Part shown: in pieces, positions 49,762 through 58,699 of the stretch
Position numbering within the stretch: the first letter of the stretch is position 1
Layout of the letters: the number at the start of each line of letters is the position of its first letter
DNA from: Candidatus Omnitrophota bacterium
GTDB lineage: Bacteria; Omnitrophota; Gorgyraeia; Duberdicusellales; Duberdicusellaceae
DNA: 64,000 nt
Reading direction: 5' to 3'
Assembly: GCA_021163425.1 (NCBI GenBank)
Contig: JAGGWS010000038.1
Span: 10,418-74,417 of the forward strand
The notes under the pieces: model-generated
What the model was told of the DNA's origin: nothing
The model's input: only the letters and a program-made list of their open reading frames with translations
The model's database searches: none
Made by a program: the position numbers and the translations under genes

Positions 49762-51726
49762 CTAAATCTCCTGCCTCAGCTGTTTCTCAGCGTCTACTAC
49801 ATCTCTGTTTATCCGAGTTAAGATATTTTTAACTTTCTTTTTAAAGTCTTCTTTAAAGCCTTCAAAAGAAAGAAGTTCTCTTAAGATTTGAATATCCATC
49901 CGAAAATACCTTACTAATTCGCCTTCATCGATTTCAGAAAATTTAGAAAGTTTTGAAAATCTTATTCCCTCAAACCAGAGAGAGTTCACTTCGGCTAAGT
50001 GGTAAAAAAAGCGTTTAGATAGGGGGAATATTTTGCAACTTCTCTCTTTCTTATGGATTCTTCTGATTACCGGGTCCAAAACCTTCTGTAACCTTTTTAA
50101 ATTCTTAGTAAGCTTGGGCTTTTTCTCTCCCTTGCGGGGTTCATATACTAAAGAAGAAATAATAATTAAGAGTTCCTCCTCTTTAACTTCTTCTAAAACA
50201 CCTTCCTGATAAAGTTCACCCAGAGGAAGTTCATAACTGTAAAGCCGGGAGGCTAATTCTCCTTTCCAGGTAAGGACTTTCTCTTTACTTATATACCCCA
50301 ATTCCTTAAGAAGTTCTATTTTTCTCTTAATTAAATTAAGGGCTTCTTCCTTTTCTTGCTTCTGGGAGGAGAAAAAATGAAAGGATAAAGGATAAATCTG
50401 ATATATTTTTTCTCCCATATCCTTATAAAGATTAAGGAGAGTAGCATAATTGCTTCTCAACTGGCTTTTTATCTCTTCAGGGTTAGCGTAGAGTATCCTT
50501 TCTAATTCTTTCAGTTCTATTGCAAAAGGATTAACTTTTACAAAAACATAGCCTTTTTTATCAATACCTCTCCTTCCTGCCCGCCCAGCCATCTGGTAGA
50601 AGTCTCGGGTCTTTACGTTCCGGTGAAACCGACCATAAAATTTTCTTAAATCATCAAAGGCTACACTCTTTGCCGGCATATTTATCCCCAAAGCAAAAGT
50701 TTCGGTAGTAAATATTACCTTTAGAAGCCTGGAAGTAAAAAGCCTTTCTATTACTTCTTTAAGGGTAGGGAGAAGGCCGGCATGGTGGAAAGCTACCCCT
50801 CTCTTTATTAAGTCATAGAGGTATAAAGAAGTAGGTTCTCTTTCTAAATCAAAAGTCTTAAGGAGACGGGTATAAAGACTGATTATTTTCTTCTTTTCCT
50901 CTTTATTGAGAAAATCAAAAACCGCCACCTCTTGAGCAAAAAGTTCAGACCTTGCCCGGGAGAAACTAAAATATATGCAGGGTAAAAGCTGATTTTCTCT
51001 TAAGTATCTAAATAGTGTACTTATCCTGTTGGGTCGAGTATGGAGGATTTCTTTTAGCCTCCTCCTTCTTATTCTCCGAATATCTTCTAAGAGAAAATTA
51101 CTTCTTTTTAATTCTTTAAACCCCGAGAATATCTTATCATTACACTGAAAGTAAAACTTTAAAGGAACAGGCCTCTTGTCTTCTTTTATCACCTCTACAG
51201 GGATACGATGAATCTTATTTATCCAGGAAGCTATCTCCTCTATATTAGGAACAGTTGCTGATAAAGCTAAAATCTTAAGATGTCGGGGCATAAGCATAAT
51301 AGCCTCCTCCCAGACTGTTCCTCTTTCGGGATCATCTAAATAGTGTATCTCATCAAAAATTACCCATTCTTTGTTTTTAAGTCTTTCCGGTTCAGTTAAA
51401 ATTACATTTCTGAATATTTCAGTAGTCATTATTAAAACTTCAGCCTGAGGGTTTATACTAACGTCTCCAGTTAAAATACCTACTTTCTCTTTATAAGCCC
51501 TGCGAAAATCTCTATACTTCTGATTACTCAATGCTTTTATCGGTGCTGTATAAATCACTTCTTTTTGGGAATTTTGAGCTTTTTCTATGGCATATTCAGC
51601 AATCAGGGTTTTTCCTGCACCGGTAGGAGCAGAAACTATTACTGATTTTCCTTCCTCTATAGCCTTGATAGCCTCTTCTTGAAACCTATCTAAAATTAAC
51701 TCTTTATAAATTTTCATATTACTCAT
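49762..51726 (-). CDS. Ski2/HelY-like DExH-box superfamily-2 helicase with a DSHCT-like C-terminal domain
   Basis: Q motif/motif I (FQEEAI...APTGAGKT), motif II DEIHYLDDPERGTVWEE (Ski2-type DEvH...RG.VWEE), motif VI QMAGRAGRRG. C-terminal EGELVRYFRMDIQILRELL resembles DSHCT. Confidence 0.7.
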   Translation of the reverse strand: MSNMKIYKELILDRFQEEAIKAIEEGKSVIVSAPTGAGKTLIAEYAIEKAQNSQKEVIYTAPIKALSNQKYRDFRRAYKEKVGILTGDVSINPQAEVLIMTTEIFRNVILTEPERLKNKEWVIFDEIHYLDDPERGTVWEEAIMLMPRHLKILALSATVPNIEEIASWINKIHRIPVEVIKEDKRPVPLKFYFQCNDKIFSGFKELKRSNFLLEDIRRIRRRRLKEILHTRPNRISTLFRYLRENQLLPCIYFSFSRARSELFAQEVAVFDFLNKEEKKKIISLYTRLLKTFDLEREPTSLYLYDLIKRGVAFHHAGLLPTLKEVIERLFTSRLLKVIFTTETFALGINMPAKSVAFDDLRKFYGRFHRNVKTRDFYQMAGRAGRRGIDKKGYVFVKVNPFAIELKELERILYANPEEIKSQLRSNYATLLNLYKDMGEKIYQIYPLSFHFFSSQKQEKEEALNLIKRKIELLKELGYISKEKVLTWKGELASRLYSYELPLGELYQEGVLEEVKEEELLIIISSLVYEPRKGEKKPKLTKNLKRLQKVLDPVIRRIHKKERSCKIFPLSKRFFYHLAEVNSLWFEGIRFSKLSKFSEIDEGELVRYFRMDIQILRELLSFEGFKEDFKKKVKNILTRINRDVVDAEKQLRQEI

Positions 51727-51858
51727 TATTATGGAGTATTTTTCCTTTTTTCAAATAAAATCTTCTAAACTAAATTACCTGTATGAACTATAAACCATAA
51801 ACTACTCCCAGGAGTATTCAAACCGTCTTGCGAATTACTCTCGGTTTCGTCTGTCGTC

Positions 51859-51930
51859 TTTACACGTTTATACGTTTACACGTTCACACGTTTCTACGTT
51901 CACACGTTTCTACGTTTTTACGTTCATACG
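51859..51930. repeat. tandem array of about 9 copies of the 8-bp unit YACGTTYW
   Basis: tacacgtt tatacgtt tacacgtt cacacgtt tctacgtt cacacgtt tctacgtt tttacgtt catacgtt, read off directly. Confidence 0.8.
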
Positions 51931-51966
51931 TTTTAACATATTATTTTGAAAACATTTTGTCAAGTT
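51931..51966. repeat. palindromic element copy with degenerate left arm (TTTAACA) and conserved spacer/right arm
   Basis: ttttaacatattattttgaaaacatttTGTCAAGTT, 7 nt after the stop of the Cas4-like nuclease gene and abutting the octamer array. Confidence 0.6.
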
Positions 51967-51972
51967 AGGGGG

Positions 51973-52620
51973 TTAAAAAAGATTGTTTACCTGGCGGGCC
52001 CAATTACAGAATTCACAATTCTCAGAAGAAGGAGGCATTTCCTTTTTTAGAAGCCTGACTGCCTCAATAAATACTTTTTCGGCTCGTTGAGGGTTGGTTT
52101 CTACTTCTTTTACTTCTGCTTTAAAAGGGAAACCATTATGCAAAACTCCCTCTTCAGGAATATAGTAAACTAAAAAAGCTAAATTCCTGCTCTTAAAATT
52201 ATTCTTTTCCAGTAGAAAAGTGTAGACATCTAACTGAAACTGAAAAGCCTCGTGAATCAAAGAAGGAGCTGAACTGCGGGTCTTATGGTCTAAGGCTAAG
52301 TAAAAACCCTCCTCATCTACTATACATTCGTCTAACTTTCCCTGCAAAGAAGCATTGAGTTCTAAAGAATTATACCATAAAGTCTTGGGGAGAATATCTA
52401 TTAACCTCCCTTTAATCTTTTCCTGCAAGATAGGAGGTAAAATATTCTTTCCTCTATAACTATCAAAATACTTTTTAACTACCAAATCTAAACCAGTTGC
52501 TATGGAAGGAAAAGGGGCTCTTGGCCTTCTTAAACCTCTATTAATAGTAAGCCAGAAACACCTTGGACATTCTAAGTAAAGATTTAAAGATGAAGCTGAA
52601 AGGACTATCTTTCTATCCAC
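51973..52620 (-). CDS. PD-(D/E)XK nuclease with a 4-Cys cluster, Cas4/RecB-family-like
   Basis: N-terminal CPRC and C-terminal CEFC cysteines. Core IVDEEG...LALDHK (D...D-x-K) and a QxxxY motif (QLDVY) typical of the RecB/Cas4 nuclease family. 215 aa. Confidence 0.5.
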   Translation of the reverse strand: MDRKIVLSASSLNLYLECPRCFWLTINRGLRRPRAPFPSIATGLDLVVKKYFDSYRGKNILPPILQEKIKGRLIDILPKTLWYNSLELNASLQGKLDECIVDEEGFYLALDHKTRSSAPSLIHEAFQFQLDVYTFLLEKNNFKSRNLAFLVYYIPEEGVLHNGFPFKAEVKEVETNPQRAEKVFIEAVRLLKKEMPPSSENCEFCNWARQVNNLF

Positions 52621-53128
52621 CCCAACTTTCCCACTTAACTATATCTTCTAAAGAAAGCCTATCCCGGAAAGAAGGCTCCTCATCAGGATAGCCCAAGGTG
52701 AGCAATTCTACTACTTTAATTTCCTCAGGGATATTAAGAATCTCTTTTACCTTATCTTCATAAAAAGCCCCTATCCAGCAAGTCCCTAAACCTTCTTCTA
52801 CTGCAGTCAAAACCATATGTTCTATAGCAATAGCTACATCTATAGGATAAGAAAGCTGCCCACAAGTCAGTCGGTATTCATTATTCTGGGCACAACAGGC
52901 AATTACTACCGGAGCTTCTTCTACAAATTTCTGGTTTCTGGCTGCTTCTGATAACTTCTTTCTCTTCTCTTTATCTCTCACTACTATAAACCTCCACTCC
53001 TGAAGGTTCTTAGCCGAAGGAGCAAGCCTGGCTGATTCTAAAATCTTTAAAATCTTTTCTTCCTCAACCTCTCTATCTTTATATTTTCTTATACTTCTTC
53101 TCTTTTTTATTGCCTCAAAAATATCCAT
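52613..53128 (-). CDS. nitroreductase family protein
   Basis: RRSIRKY...ARLAPSAKNLQEWRFIVV, the classic nitroreductase FMN-binding N-terminus. The stop overlaps the start of the nuclease gene. Confidence 0.8.
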   Translation of the reverse strand: MDIFEAIKKRRSIRKYKDREVEEEKILKILESARLAPSAKNLQEWRFIVVRDKEKRKKLSEAARNQKFVEEAPVVIACCAQNNEYRLTCGQLSYPIDVAIAIEHMVLTAVEEGLGTCWIGAFYEDKVKEILNIPEEIKVVELLTLGYPDEEPSFRDRLSLEDIVKWESWGG

Positions 53129-53140
53129 CTTACTTAAAAA

Positions 53141-53455
53141 GTCCTCTTTAGCAAAGTCTTCTCTTTACCACCACAATACCTTCTTTTACAAAATAATTTT
53201 TCTTATCTTCAGTAATATTAAAACGGTCAATAATTGCCTTCTTTATTTTACAACTTCCTTCTATCTCTGTAAAGTCCATAATAATAGAATCAATAATCTG
53301 GCTTTCTTTTATTATTACCCCTCTTCCTATAATAGAGTTTTTATATAAGAATTTTCAACCTGACAGCCTTCACTAATTAAAGAATTAACAAAAGGATAAA
53401 GCCTTTCTCTCCCGCCTCCAGCCATTACCATAGCTAAAACTTTATTTTCCATCTT
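53141..53455 (-). pseudogene. glgC: decayed, internally deleted and frameshifted remnant of glucose-1-phosphate adenylyltransferase
   Basis: Minus-strand ATG at 53455 gives MENKVLAMVMAGGGRERLYPF (GlgC N-terminal nucleotide-binding loop). About 20 aa later it joins LbH-domain-like sequence ...SLISEGCQVENSYI and reaches a stop. A +2 frame continues NSIIGRGVIIKESQIIDSIIM...KKAIIDRFNITEDKKNYFVKEGIVVVKRRLC, matching the GlgC C-terminus. About 300 aa of the middle are missing. Confidence 0.45.
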
Positions 53456-53465
53456 ACAATCTACA

Positions 53466-53604
53466 TTTTACGTTCACACGTTCATACGTTTACACGTTTA
53501 CACGTTTTTACGTTTACACGTTTTTACGTTTACACGTTTTCACGTTTACACGTTCATACGTTTTTACGTTCATACGTTTACACGTTCATACGTTTACACG
53601 TTTT
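53466..53604. repeat. tandem array of about 17 copies of the 8-bp unit YACGTTYW
   Basis: tacgttca cacgttca tacgttta cacgttta cacgtttt tacgttta cacgtttt ... Continuous 8-bp periodicity over about 140 bp, immediately upstream of the glgC remnant start. Confidence 0.85.
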
Positions 53605-53636
53605 AACATATTATTTTGAAAACATTTTACCAAGTT
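53600..53636. repeat. degenerate palindromic element copy (TTTAACA ... TACCAAGTT)
   Basis: ttttaacatattattttgaaaacatttTACCAAGTT. Same spacer as the 51931 copy; both arms are mutated. About 18 nt after the stop of the 1002-aa gene. Confidence 0.5.
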
Positions 53637-53653
53637 ACGCTGGTTATTGGTTA

Positions 53654-56600
53654 TTATCTCTCTATAACAGTCTCTAACCTGTGTTTTACTGCCCTTACTC
53701 CTGAATATTCTGCCTCGGTTATTACTTCATAAACATCCGAACGGGTAGTAATAAAAGGGCAAATCAATTTAAAATTATTAATCTTTTGAAACTCAGTTAA
53801 GCCTAAAGCTGTGGTTTCTAACAAATCTCCTATACCCAGCCTACGTTTGCTTCTTTCTCCAAAGGGCCTCTGTGAAATTATTCCAGAATTAGAGGGTAAT
53901 AGAAGATTCAAAATCTCTTTTCTTGCTGTATTTATATTTATCCTCCCACTGACTATAAATTCTGGCTCCAATATAAAATTTATAATCTTAAGAGGTCCGT
54001 CTTCTTCATTTCTCACTTTAATTTCTAAACTACCTCCAGACTCAATCTCAATATTTCCGTAATAAAGGCAACCCTTATGAAAATAAAAAGGGCCTAAATA
54101 GTCAAAAGTATCTGCCTGCTCGGTTTTTACTGCTATACTTACAGAAGAACTATCTTCCTCGGCTAAAATTTTAAGAAAATAACTCCCTTGAGGAATATTA
54201 GAAAATCTCCACAATCCCCATTCCCCTCTGCGAAAAGAAAAGAAACTATCGTCTTCTTCTTTAAAATTGCCTTCTACAAAAGAAGATATCCCTAAATGCT
54301 TTACAAAAGAAGTAAATCTATCTGAAAGAAGAGCTATATCCCTTAAACTAAATCTCTTCCAGGGAAGACTGGAGGGAATTTTCTCGGCATAGCCAATATT
54401 TATAAGAGGCTGATTTAAAACGACTTGTTCTCTTACATTATGATAAAAAACCTCCAGAGTTTTGGGGTCAATCTCTTTTATCCCTGAGTTATCATTATGC
54501 TCTGAAGGTGTAGCTTTTGCCTCAGCTTCAGAAAAAAACCAGCCATCGAATATTCCATCTCCATCAGCATCAGTAAGAAGAGTGGGATCTGAACGCTCTA
54601 AACTTACATAATTTCTTATCTGAGAAGAAGTATATTCTACTATATCCACAATTTCTCCCTGAGGATTCTTTAAAGCAATAGTGGCTGAGCTGTCAGGGAT
54701 AATATCATCACACCCTTCTATCTTACCGCTAAACTCAAGTTGAACTGCTTTCGTTCCCCAGCTCTCCTGGAAAGAAATCCCATTACTTCTTAAATAAGAA
54801 GGAGAGCTTCGGTCATCTTTATCTATAGCCAGGATTAAATGTTCATAGGGCCTGATTTTTGTGCCTTGAGGAATAATTGCCGGCCAGCCTAAGACCGCTT
54901 TTTTTTCTTGAGTTACCTCTATACTGAAATTGCCTATATCTATCTCTCGGGGAGTAATATTCAGAATTTCGATGAATTCGGCATCGGGTTCTTGAGAAAC
55001 AACTATTTTTTTAAAAGTAGAAACTTCAGTAAGAGAATTATTCTGAATTTTTATTAATAAATCTCCATCTATATATACCGGGTAAGGAAAAACCATCCCA
55101 TCTCTAACCCCCTTTAAAGATCTTCCGGAAATAACTACATCTCCAATATAACCTCCTGTTGTATTAGCAAAAAATTTTATATAGAAATAACCCCTTCTCC
55201 CTACTGAAAAAACCCATCTTCCCTCACCCTCAATTCCACTGGCTAAATCTTTATTCTCGTAATATCCACCCTTCCAGACCCAGCTTCCTCCAGGATTCTG
55301 AGATTTCTCTACCAGAAATTCTAAAGAAGGCTTAATCATCACCTCGTTTATCACTAAAGATTCTCTTCCTCTTAAAGAGGTATGAACCAGCCCTTCTCTA
55401 TTTTCAGGACTTACAAGCTCTATATATTCCAGAGCACAATCTCTATCTTCAAAAGGTTTTATCCTAAATTCTAATTCACCTCCCTCTACCTTAACAGGCA
55501 AATACAACCCCTCTCCATTGTAAACATCACAATCTTCTATATCCTGAACTGAAACATAACCTATACCTAAATCCTCAAAAGGAGAATAAAAAAAGCAAAA
55601 ATATTCTCCATCGGGGATATTTAAGTTCTGGAATTTAAAAGTAGAAGGGGCTCCTCCCCGGGGAGCATAAAAATAATTCCCGCTCTTTCTAAAACTTCCT
55701 CCTGAAGAAGAAACAGGCTTTATCCTCTTATAAAACTTGTCTAAAACAGTCTGGGATAAATCTTTATCCTGAAAATCAATAAAATTAGCTGCTTTTTGGA
55801 AAGGAAACCTTACTCCTGAGCTCAAAAAACCCATAAGAACATCCTGAAAAGAAGCAGATAAAGCAATCCTCCTCCTTCCAAAACTATCTAATTCCTTATC
55901 TTTAGAATAGACCGTAAAATAATTCCTGAATCTTAAACCTGAAGGTAAAGTTAAAAACTCCCGAGTCTCCTCGGGAGCTAAAAATAACCTATCGTCACCA
56001 AAACCTTCCTCATCAGGCTCATCTATTCCTTCATCTTTTTCATCAACAACTCCATCTAAATCATTATCAATCCCATCAGAAATTAATATCAAATTATCAG
56101 AATCATCATCGTAATCTTCCAATCCTGGTTTCTCATCAGAACCCCGCCTTAACCTTATTAAAGAAGTGCTTTTAGAAATTCCCAGAAAAGAAAATAGAGA
56201 ATTTATATTAAGTTCAGAAAGGTCCAAGCCATAGCGGAAAGAGCTTTCTCCACAATAATTCAAATTAAGCTTGGAAGCCTCATCTAAAATTTGAACACCA
56301 AATCGGCCGTAAAGCCTTCCCTCGAAATTTTTAACTTCAAAGTATCTACTTTCTTTTATCCCATCCTTATCTAAATCTAAATCTTCACCTTTCAGCTGAG
56401 TGTAAAAAGAATCTTCAAGGCTATCAGAAAAATTTTCTTTTTTATCCTGCTTCAAGAGTTCTCTGCCCAGAGTTAAACCTGCCTCTGCTAAATACTGAGC
56501 TTTAACATTATCTAAGTAGATGCGGGAATATCTTACTTCATAAAGGCTAAAAAGAAGAAGAGAAAACCCAGTAATAGCAAGAACAGAGAGAACAGTTATA

Positions 56601-56662
56601 GTAATAAGAAGTGCTTGAGCCTTTCTAATCACTTTTTTCCTCAAAAGGTAAGTAAGTAACAA
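53654..56662 (-). CDS. giant GspK-like minor pseudopilin / secreted multidomain protein
   Basis: N-terminal pilin-like hydrophobic segment without Glu5 (KAQALLITITVLSVLAITGF), as in GspK. Contains a GspK-like DEASKLNLNY motif and an acidic Ca-binding-like repeat (DGIDNDLDGVVDEKDEGIDEPDEEG). 1002 aa versus about 330 aa for canonical GspK. Confidence 0.45.
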   Translation of the reverse strand: MLLTYLLRKKVIRKAQALLITITVLSVLAITGFSLLLFSLYEVRYSRIYLDNVKAQYLAEAGLTLGRELLKQDKKENFSDSLEDSFYTQLKGEDLDLDKDGIKESRYFEVKNFEGRLYGRFGVQILDEASKLNLNYCGESSFRYGLDLSELNINSLFSFLGISKSTSLIRLRRGSDEKPGLEDYDDDSDNLILISDGIDNDLDGVVDEKDEGIDEPDEEGFGDDRLFLAPEETREFLTLPSGLRFRNYFTVYSKDKELDSFGRRRIALSASFQDVLMGFLSSGVRFPFQKAANFIDFQDKDLSQTVLDKFYKRIKPVSSSGGSFRKSGNYFYAPRGGAPSTFKFQNLNIPDGEYFCFFYSPFEDLGIGYVSVQDIEDCDVYNGEGLYLPVKVEGGELEFRIKPFEDRDCALEYIELVSPENREGLVHTSLRGRESLVINEVMIKPSLEFLVEKSQNPGGSWVWKGGYYENKDLASGIEGEGRWVFSVGRRGYFYIKFFANTTGGYIGDVVISGRSLKGVRDGMVFPYPVYIDGDLLIKIQNNSLTEVSTFKKIVVSQEPDAEFIEILNITPREIDIGNFSIEVTQEKKAVLGWPAIIPQGTKIRPYEHLILAIDKDDRSSPSYLRSNGISFQESWGTKAVQLEFSGKIEGCDDIIPDSSATIALKNPQGEIVDIVEYTSSQIRNYVSLERSDPTLLTDADGDGIFDGWFFSEAEAKATPSEHNDNSGIKEIDPKTLEVFYHNVREQVVLNQPLINIGYAEKIPSSLPWKRFSLRDIALLSDRFTSFVKHLGISSFVEGNFKEEDDSFFSFRRGEWGLWRFSNIPQGSYFLKILAEEDSSSVSIAVKTEQADTFDYLGPFYFHKGCLYYGNIEIESGGSLEIKVRNEEDGPLKIINFILEPEFIVSGRININTARKEILNLLLPSNSGIISQRPFGERSKRRLGIGDLLETTALGLTEFQKINNFKLICPFITTRSDVYEVITEAEYSGVRAVKHRLETVIER

Positions 56663-57014
56663 ATTCTTCTGAAAGCTTAGGAGTAGTTGAAGAATTAGAT
56701 TCTACCTTCAGGATAAGTTTTTTTAAATTCACTCCTTCTAAGACTTCCTCTTCTCCTAAAGAAATCTGCCAATCGAAATTTCCTTCTTTGCCTTCTGCTT
56801 CTTCAACTATATTATAAGTCTTTAACTCTTCTAACTTCTTCTTTGCTAAGAAAGCAGTATCCATCAATAGTTTTGATAATCTAAGTTGTTTCAGAGCCAG
56901 AGGAAACATATAGAAAACAGAGAGAAGCCCTCCAGCCAGGATAGCTATAGCAACCAAAATCTCAATAAGGGTAAAACTCCGCTGGCTCCTAAATCTTATC
57001 TTCCCCATCCTCAT
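56625..57014 (-). CDS. prepilin-type N-terminal domain pseudopilin (GspI-like)
   Basis: RSFTLIEILVAIAILAGG class III signal/methylation motif. 129 aa. Confidence 0.6.
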   Translation of the reverse strand: MRMGKIRFRSQRSFTLIEILVAIAILAGGLLSVFYMFPLALKQLRLSKLLMDTAFLAKKKLEELKTYNIVEEAEGKEGNFDWQISLGEEEVLEGVNLKKLILKVESNSSTTPKLSEEFVTYLPFEEKSD

Positions 57015-57072
57015 CTCATCCGATAAAGGCCTTAAGTAAATGGGCTAGGATAAACTCTCTAAAGAGAACTCC

Positions 57073-58101
57073 CTAACGAATTAAACTACCCATAGAAAAT
57101 ATAGGAAAGAATAAACCAACTACGATAAAACCCACTATCACCCCCATAAATACAATTAGAAGAGGTTCAAGTAAAGAAATAATTCCCGATAAAGAAGCAG
57201 TAACATCCTCCTCATAATCCTGAGCTATTTCTAAAAATACTGAAGAAAGTCTTCCTGAATCTTCAGCCACTTCTACAATCTTAACTAAAGAACCTGGGAA
57301 AATCTTTGCTTCTTCCATACTTTCCGAAAGGCTACTACCCGATTCAATCTTCTCTATTAAAAAATCTATAGACTCTTTAAGAAGAGGGTCTACTACCACT
57401 TCTCTAGTGGCTAATAAAGATTTAACTAAAGGGACCCCTGAAGAAAGCATCACTCCCAAAGAATGAGAAAATCTCTCAATTGCTATATCTTTTAAAAACT
57501 TACCTATTACAGGGAGTTTCCATCTATAAATATTAATCTTGTAAGCTCCGGCAGGAGTTCTTTTAATTAAATTATAACCAGCTATCATAAGCACTACTAA
57601 CAGAATAAAAAGATAACTCCACCGGGCTAAAAACTTAGAAGTATTTATCAAAAATAAAGTAAGTGGCGGAAGTTCTCCTCCTAAGTCTTTAAATATATTA
57701 GTTAAAGTAGGAACGACAAAAATCATTAACACCGCCAATACAATAACTGCAGTCACCAGAATAAGTATTGGGTACATTAAAGAAGTGATTATCTTCTGCT
57801 TAAGCCTCCGACTGCGCTGAAGAAAATCCGAAAGCTCCCGAAGGGCAGGTGCTAATTTTCCGCTAATTTCTCCTGCCTTCACCATATTTATATAAATTTG
57901 AGGGAAAATATTTTTGTGATGTTCTAAAGCTTCTGAAAGAGGCTCACCTTCCTGAATATCTTCAACCAATCTTTTAACTACTTTCTTAATTCGTGAAGGG
58001 TCCATCTGCTCATAAAGAGTCTCTAAACTCTTTAATATAGGTATGCCTGATTTCATAAGCATAGAAAAGCTTCTGGTAAAATCTATTACATCTTTTCTCA
58101 T
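57073..58101 (-). CDS. type II secretion / type IV pilus platform protein (GspF/PilC family)
   Basis: Two T2SF domains separated by transmembrane helices (…MLMKSGIPILKSLE…, …MLSSGVPLVKSL…). Confidence 0.8.
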   Translation of the reverse strand: MRKDVIDFTRSFSMLMKSGIPILKSLETLYEQMDPSRIKKVVKRLVEDIQEGEPLSEALEHHKNIFPQIYINMVKAGEISGKLAPALRELSDFLQRSRRLKQKIITSLMYPILILVTAVIVLAVLMIFVVPTLTNIFKDLGGELPPLTLFLINTSKFLARWSYLFILLVVLMIAGYNLIKRTPAGAYKINIYRWKLPVIGKFLKDIAIERFSHSLGVMLSSGVPLVKSLLATREVVVDPLLKESIDFLIEKIESGSSLSESMEEAKIFPGSLVKIVEVAEDSGRLSSVFLEIAQDYEEDVTASLSGIISLLEPLLIVFMGVIVGFIVVGLFFPIFSMGSLIR

Positions 58102-58658
58102 CTTCCCACAGGAATATTTATTAGTTCCTGATAATTCTCTCTACGGCCTTTATAACTTAAAGTAAGCTCTGTCTTGACTGCTAAAGGTAATTCTTTATAA
58201 GAATTTTCCCATTTTTCTCCATCAAAAAAACTAAAGTTCAGACTCTCTATACTGGAGCTTAATACCTCTTCTTTATCAAAAGTATTGAAGTTAAAATCAC
58301 ATTTTGATTCTCTTCTTACTAAACTTTTTTTCTCAGGAAGAAAAATATAGCCTATCTCCCTAAGTCCTTCGGAATCAGGATAAACAAAAAATAAAGCCTG
58401 CTTATCTCCTTTAAATATTTCTCCTTCCCCCCGGATAATCTCTTCATTTGCTCTTAGAGCAGAAGAAAGTTCTCTGGATATCACCCAGAATACCCTCTTT
58501 AGATTCTGGTATCTCTGGGCTAAAACTTGAGCCTCCTGATAAGAAAGAAGGGCACTTCTAAAAATTGTGCCCACAATAGTTATCACCGCAACAAAAATCC
58601 CTATAGCAATTAGAACCTCTATTAAGGTGAAACTAATCTTTCTCAGAAAAATACTCAT
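58098..58658 (-). CDS. prepilin-type pseudopilin (GspJ/GspH-like)
   Basis: MSIFLRKISFTLIEVLIAIGIF prepilin motif. The track start at 58679 is a TTG; the ATG at 58658 is the likely start. Confidence 0.6.
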   Translation of the reverse strand: MSIFLRKISFTLIEVLIAIGIFVAVITIVGTIFRSALLSYQEAQVLAQRYQNLKRVFWVISRELSSALRANEEIIRGEGEIFKGDKQALFFVYPDSEGLREIGYIFLPEKKSLVRRESKCDFNFNTFDKEEVLSSSIESLNFSFFDGEKWENSYKELPLAVKTELTLSYKGRRENYQELINIPVGR

Positions 58659-58667
58659 AGCTAAGGA

Positions 58668-58695
58668 TATAACTTTCAAAACATTTTGTCAAATT
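58668..58695. repeat. partial palindromic element (conserved spacer plus right arm TGTCAAATT)
   Basis: tataactttcaaaacatttTGTCAAATT between the stop of the 510-aa gene (58700) and the start of the pseudopilin gene (58658). The left arm is not recognisable. Confidence 0.45.
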
Positions 58696-58699
58696 ACGC

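Noticed and set aside
53466-53604. Octamer arrays as CRISPR arrays
   Set aside because: The repeat unit is only 8 bp with no intervening unique spacers and no leader. No cas1/cas2 is present; the Cas4-like gene stands alone. These are microsatellite-type tandem repeats.
58098-58679. Track start (TTG at 58679) for the pseudopilin gene
   Set aside because: The ATG at 58658 gives the canonical short prepilin leader MSIFLRKIS-FTLIE. The TTG extension would place the FTLIE motif too far from the N-terminus.
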